64,000 nt of DNA from Eledone cirrhosa (taxonomy: Eukaryota): positions 1 to 64,000 of the forward strand of contig CAXHJY010000184.1 of the NCBI GenBank assembly GCA_964016885.1, written 5' to 3'. Position 1 is the first letter of the stretch, and each line of letters begins with the position of its first letter. Both the position numbers and the translations under genes were made by a program. This document shows positions 57,950 to 64,000 of the stretch, one piece after another. Under the pieces are notes generated by a model, which searched no databases, was not told where the DNA came from, and worked only from the letters and a program-made list of their open reading frames with translations.

Positions 57950-60900
57950 TCCCAGTCACTACAGGACTATAGTCTTTCCCAATCACTACAGGACTATAGT
58001 CTTTCCCAGTCACTACAAGACTATAGTCTTTCCCAGTCACTACAGGACTATAGTCTTTCCCAATCACTACAGGACTATAGTCTTTCCCAGTCACTACAGG
58101 ACTATAGTCTTTCCCAGTCACTACAGGACTATAGTCTTTCCCAGTCACTACAGGACTATAGTCTTTCCCAGTCACTACAGGACTATAGTCTTTCCCAGTC
58201 ACTACAGGACTATAGTCTTTCCCAGTCACTACAAGACTATAGTCTTTCCCAATCACTACAGGACTATAGTCTTTCCCAATCACTACAGGACTATAGTCTT
58301 TCCCAATCACTACAGGACTATAGTCTTTCCCAGTCACTACAGGACTATAGTCTTTCCCAGTCACTACAGGACTATAGTCTTTCCCAGTCACTACAAGACT
58401 ATAGTCTTTCCCAATCACTACAGGACTATAGTCTTTCCCAGTCACTACAGGACTATAGTCTTTCCCAATCACTACAGGACTATAGTCTTTCCCAGTCACT
58501 ACAAGACTATAGTCTTTCCCAATCACTACAGGACTATAGTCTTTCCCAATCACTAGAGGACTATAGTCTATCCCAGTCACTACAGGACTATAGTCTTTCC
58601 CAGTCACTACAGGACTATAGTATTTCCCAGTCACTACAGGACTATAGTTTTCCCAGTCACTACAGGACTATAGTCTTTCCCAGTCACTACAGGACTATAG
58701 TCTTTCCCAGTCACCACAGGACTATAGTCTTTCCCAGTCACTACAGGACTATAGTCTTTCCCAGTCACTACAGGACTATAGTCTTTCCCAGTCACTACAG
58801 GACTATAGTCTTTCCCAGTCACTACAGGACTATAGTCTTTCCCAGTCACTACAGGACTATAGTCTTTCCCAATCACTACAGGACTATAGTCTTTCCCAAT
58901 CACTACAGGACTATAGTCTTTCCCAATCACTACAGGACTATAGTCTTTCCCAGTCACTACAGGACTATAGTCTTTCCCAGTCACTACAAGACTATAGTCT
59001 TTCCCAATCACTACAGGACTATAGTCTTTCCCAATCACTACAGGACTATAGTCTTTCCCAATCACTACAAGACTATAGTCTTTCCCAGTCACTACAGGAC
59101 TATAGTCTTTCCCAGTTACTACAGGAATATAGTCTTTCCCAGTCACTACAGGACTATAGTCTTTCCCAGTCACTACAGGACTATAGTCTTTCCCAGTCAC
59201 TACAGGACTATAGCCTTTCCCAGTCACTACAGGACTATAGTCTTTCCCAGTCACTACAGGGCTATAGTCTTTCACAGTCACTACAGGACTATAGTCTTTC
59301 CCAATCACTACAGGACTACATTCTTTCCCAGTCACTACAGGACTATAGTCTTTCCCAGTCACTACAGGACTATAGTCTTTCCCAGTCACTACAGGACTAT
59401 AGTCTTTCCCAGTCACTACAGGACTATAGTCTTTCCCAATCACTACAGGTCTATAGTCTTTCCCAGTCACTACAGGACTACATTCTTTCCCAGTCACTAC
59501 AGGACTATAGTCTTTCCCAATCACTACAGGACTATAGTCTTTCCCAGTCACTACAGGACTACATTCTTTCCCAGTCACTACAGGACTATAGTCTTTCCCA
59601 GTCACTACAGGACTACATTCTTTCCCAGTCACTACAGGACTATAGTCTTTCCCAGTCACTGCAGGACTATAGTCTTTCCCAATCACTACAGGACTATAGT
59701 CTTTCCCAGTCACTACAAGACTATAGTCTTTCCCAATCACTACAGGACTATAGTCTTTCCCAATCACTACAGGACTATAGTCTTTCCCAGTCACTACAGG
59801 ACTATAGTCTTTCCCAGTCACTACAGGACTATAGTATTTCCCAGTCACTACAGGACTATAGTCTTTCCGAGTCACTACAGGACTATAGCCTTTCCCAGTC
59901 ACTACAGGGCTATAGTCTTTCCCAGTCACTACATGACTACAGACTTTCCCAGTCACTACAGGACTATAGTCTTTCCCAGTCACTACAGGACTATAGTCTT
60001 TCCCAGTCACTACAGGACTATAGTCTTTCCCAATCACTACAGGACTATAGTCTTTCCCAGTCACTACAGGACTATAGTCTTTCCCAGTCACTACAAGACT
60101 ATAGTCTTTCCCAGTCACTACAGGATTATTGTCTTTCCCAATCACTACAGGACTATAGTCTTTCCCAGTCACTACAGGACTATAGTCTTTCCCAGTCACT
60201 ACAGGACTATAGTCTTTCCCAATCACTACAGGACTATAGTCTTTCCCAGTCACTACAGGACTATAGTCTTTCCCAGTCACTACAGGACTATAGTCTTTCC
60301 CAGTCACTACAGGACTATAGTCTTTCCCAGTCACTACAGGACTATAGTCTTTCCCAGTCACTACAGGACTATAGTCTTTCCCAATCACTACAGGACTATA
60401 GTCTTTCCCAGTCACTACAGGACTATAGTCTTTCCCAGTCACTACAAGACTATAGTCTTTCCCAGTCACTACAGGACTATAGTCTTTCCCAATCACTACA
60501 GGACTATAGTCTTTCCCAGTCACTACAGGACTATAGTCTTTCCCAGTCACTACAGGACTATAGTCTTTCCCAGTCACTACAGGACTATAGTCTTTCCCAG
60601 TCACTACAGGACTATAGTCTTTCCCAGTCACTACAGGACTATAGTCTTTCCCAGTCACTACAAGACTATAGTCTTTCCCAATCACTACAGGACTATAGTC
60701 TTTCCCAATCACTACAGGACTATAGTCTTTCCCAATCACTACAGGACTATAGTCTTTCCCAGTCACTACAGGACTATAGTCTTTCCCAGTCACTACAGGA
60801 CTATAGTCTTTCCCAGTCACTACAAGACTATAGTCTTTCCCAATCACTACAGGACTATAGTCTTTCCCAGTCACTACAGGACTATAGTCTTTCCCAATCA

Positions 60901-62000
60901 CTACAGGACTATAGTCTTTCCCAGTCACTACAAGACTATAGTCTTTCCCAATCACTACAGGACTATAGTCTTTCCCAATCACTACAGGACTATAGTCTAT
61001 CCCAGTCACTACAGGACTATAGTCTTTCCCAGTCACTACAGGACTATAGTATTTCCCAGTCACTACAGGACTATAGTTTTCCCAGTCACTACAGGACTAT
61101 AGTCTTTCCCAGTCACTACAGGACTATAGTCTTTCCCAGTCACTACAGGACTATAGTCTTTCCCAGTCACTACAGGACTATAGTCTTTCCCAGTCACTAC
61201 AGGACTATAGTCTTTCCCAGTCACTACAGGACTATAGTCTTTCCCAGTCACTACAGGACTATAGTCTTTCCCAGTCACTACAGGACTATAGTCTTTCCCA
61301 ATCACTACAGGACTATAGTCTTTCCCAATCACTACAGGACTATAGTCTTTCCCAATCACTACAGGACTATAGTCTTTCCCAGTCACTACAGGACTATAGT
61401 CTTTCCCAGTCACTACAAGACTATAGTCTTTCCCAATCACTACAGGACTATAGTCTTTCCCAATCACTACAGGACTATAGTCTTTCCCAATCACTACAAG
61501 ACTATAGTCTTTCCCAGTCACTACAGGACTATAGTCTTTCCCAGTTACTACAGGACTATAGTCTTTCCCAGTCACTACAGGACTATAGTCTTTCCCAGTC
61601 ACTACAGGACTATAGTCTTTCCCAGTCACTACAGGACTATAGCCTTTCCCAGTCACTACAGGACTATAGTCTTTCCCAGTCACTACAGGGCTATAGTCTT
61701 TCACAGTCACTACAGGACTATAGTCTTTCCCAATCACTACAGGACTACATTCTTTCCCAGTCACTACAGGACTATAGTCTTTCCCAGTCACTACAGGACT
61801 ATAGTCTTTCCCAGTCACTACAGGACTATAGTCTTTCCCAGTCACTACAGGACTATAGTCTTTCCCAATCACTACAGGTCTATAGTCTTTCCCAGTCACT
61901 ACAGGACTACATTCTTTCCCAGTCACTACAGGACTATAGTCTTTCCCAATCACTACAGGACTATAGTCTTTCCCAGTCACTACAGGACTACATTCTTTCC
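57950..62000. repeat. Higher-order duplication, offset 2429 bp (90 monomers minus 1 bp); boundaries approximate
   Basis: ORF ends 58634/61063 with near-identical translations. Both copies share gtctatccc, gtatttccc and a 1-bp deletion monomer (tagttttccc). Confidence 0.88.
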
Positions 62001-64000
62001 CAGTCACTACAGGACTATAGTCTTTCCCAATCACCACAGGACTATAGTCTTTCCCAGTCACTACAGGACTATAGTCTTTCCCAATCACTACAGGACTATA
62101 GTCTTTCCCAGTCACTACAAGACTATAGTCTTTCCCAGTCACTACAAGACTATAGTCTTGCCCAGTCAGTCACTACAGGACTATAGTCTTTTCCAGTCAC
62201 TACAGGACTATAGTTTTTCCCAGTCACTACAGGACTATAGTCTTTCCAAGTCACTACAGGACTATAGTCTTTCCCAGTCACTACAGGACTATAGTCTTTC
62301 CCAGTCACTACAAGACTATAGTCTTTCCCAGTCACTACAGGATTATAGTCTTTCCCAATCACTACAGGACTATAGTCTTTCCCAGTCACTACAGGACTAT
62401 AGTCTTTCCCAGTCACTCCAGGACTATAGTCTTTCCCAATCACTACAGGACTATAGTCTTTCCCAGTCACTACAGGACTATAGTCTTTCCCAGTCACTAC
62501 AGGACTATAGTCTTTCTCAATCACTACAGGACTATAGTCTTTCCCAATCACTACAGGACTATAGTCTTTCCCAGTCACTACAGGACTATAGTCTTTCCCA
62601 GTCACTACAGCACTATAGTCTTTCCCAGTCACTACAGGACTATAGTTTTTCCCAGTCACTACAGGACTATAGTCTTTCCCAGTCACTCCAGGACTATAGT
62701 CTTTCCCAATCACTACAGGACTATAGTCTTTCCCAGTCACTACAGGACTATAGTCTTTCCCAGTCACTACAGGACTACATTCATTCCCAGTCACTACAGG
62801 ACTATAGTCTTTCCCAGTCACTACAGGACTATAGTCTTTCCCAGTCACTACAGGACTATAGACTTTCCCAATCACTACAAGACTATAGTCTTTCCCAGTC
62901 ACTACAGGACTATAGTCTTTCCCAGTCACTACAGGACTATAGTCTTTCCCAGTCACTACAGGACTATAGTCTTTCCCAGTCACTACAGGACTATAGTCTT
63001 TCCCAGTCACTACAGGACTATAGTCTTTCCCAGTCACTACAGGACTATAGTCTTTCCCAGTCACTACAGGACTATAGTATTTCCCAGTCACTACAGGACT
63101 ATAGTCTTTCCCAGTCACTACAGGACTATAGTCTTTCCCAGTCACTACAGGGCTATAGTCTTTCCCAGTAACTACAGGACTACAGTCTTTCCCAGTCACT
63201 ACAGGACTATAGTCTTTCCCAGTCACTACAGGACTATAGTCTTTCCCAGTCACTACAGGACTATAGTCTTTCCCAATCACTACAGGACTATAGTCTTTCC
63301 CAATCACTACAGGACTATAGTCTTTCCCAGTCACTGCAGGACTATAGTCTTTCCCAATCTCTACAGGACTATAGTCTTTCCCAGTCACTACAAGACTATA
63401 GTCTTTCCCAATCACTACAGGACTATAGTCTTTCCAAATCACTACAGGACTATAGTCTTTCCCAGTCACTACAGGACTATAGTCTTTCCCAGTCACTACA
63501 GGACTATAGTATTTCCCAGTCACTACAGGACTATAGTCTTTCCCAGTCACTACAGGACTATAGCCTTTCCCAGTCACTACAGGGCTATAGTCTTTCCCAG
63601 TCACTACATGACTACAGACTTTCCCAGTCACTACAGGACTATAGTCTTTCCCAGTCACTACAGGACTATAGTCTTTCCCAGTCACTACAGGACTATAGTC
63701 ATTCCCAATCACTACAGGACTATAGTCTTTCCCAGTCACTACAGGACTATAGTCTTTCCCAGTCACTACAAGACTATAGTCTTTCCCAGTCACTACAGGA
63801 TTATAGTCTTTCCCAATCACTACAGGACTATAGTCTTTCCCAGTCACTACAGGACTATAGTCTTTCCCAGTCACTACAGGACTATAGTCTTTCCCAATCA
63901 CTACAGGACTATAGTCTTTCCCAGTCACTACAGGACTATAGTCTTTCCCAGTCACTACAGGACTATAGTCTTTCCCAGTCACTACAGGACTATAGTCTTT

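Larger units (their letters stand above)
30000..58000. repeat. Irregular large higher-order repeat, units of about 5.4-6.9 kb, four or more rearranged copies
   Basis: gtgtttccc marker at 32952, 39129, 46010, 52574. TCGA at 35847, 41241, 48122, 54577. cactaagg deletion near 32616, 45674, 52238, 57717. Clusters of cttaccc monomers follow each gtgtttccc marker. Confidence 0.85.
1..64000. repeat. Tandem satellite/minisatellite array of a 27-bp monomer (CCCAGTCACTACAGGACTATAGTCTTT), about 2,370 head-to-tail copies, running off both window ends
   Basis: Read directly: every line consists of the 27-mer or a variant differing by 1-3 nt. I saw no inversion and no unique insert. Copy number is 64000/27. 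Confidence 0.99.

Noticed and set aside
1-64000. CRISPR array (27-bp partly palindromic repeat)
   Set aside because: The repeats abut directly with no unique spacers. There is no leader and no cas gene.
1-64000. De novo rolling-circle or reverse-transcriptase concatemer (DRT2/Neo-like endless ORF, telomerase product or amplification artefact from a 27-nt template)
   Set aside because: Repeated copying of one short template would give independent errors. Here ordered sets of variants are inherited across multi-kb blocks, which implies replication and recombination over generations. No RT gene is present.
1-64000. TATA-like promoter element or terminator in each monomer (TATAG; hairpin followed by TTT)
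   Set aside because: TATAGT is a poor TATA match, the stem is short and AT-rich, only three T follow, and there is no associated gene.
1-64000. Ordered AGT/AAT and AGG/AAG states as an information-bearing code
   Set aside because: The recurring patterns are explained by block duplication. I see no independent evidence of a readout or a fixed period.
1-64000. Plasmid iterons or a parS-type prokaryotic site array
   Set aside because: Such arrays have a few to tens of copies beside rep or par genes. About 2,370 copies with no genes does not fit.

Overview
The whole 64-kb window is one uninterrupted, single-orientation tandem array of a 27-bp monomer, consensus CCCAGTCACTACAGGACTATAGTCTTT (44% GC, no CpG, about 2,370 copies). 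I see no unique sequence, spacers, RNA genes, mobile elements or credible genes. Each monomer carries a perfect 10-bp palindrome, GACTATAGTC. The giant ORFs (KDYSPVVTG on the minus strand; PSHYRTIVF and QSLQDYSLS on the plus strand) follow automatically from a 27-bp unit with three stop-free frames, and the variant pattern does not look like coding selection. The information in the window lies in the variant monomers. They mark nested higher-order duplications with offsets of 567, 861, 1212+1590=2802, 1675, 2429, 3482, 5394, about 6.2-6.9 kb, 12230 and 13058 bp. The two dominant polymorphisms are both CAG>CAA on the same strand. The first ~8 kb is rich in 1-bp indels and probably has low consensus quality. 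The best interpretation is a young, rapidly turning-over satellite or very large minisatellite, probably eukaryotic. The organism and function cannot be determined from this window, and I cannot support a novel gene system here.
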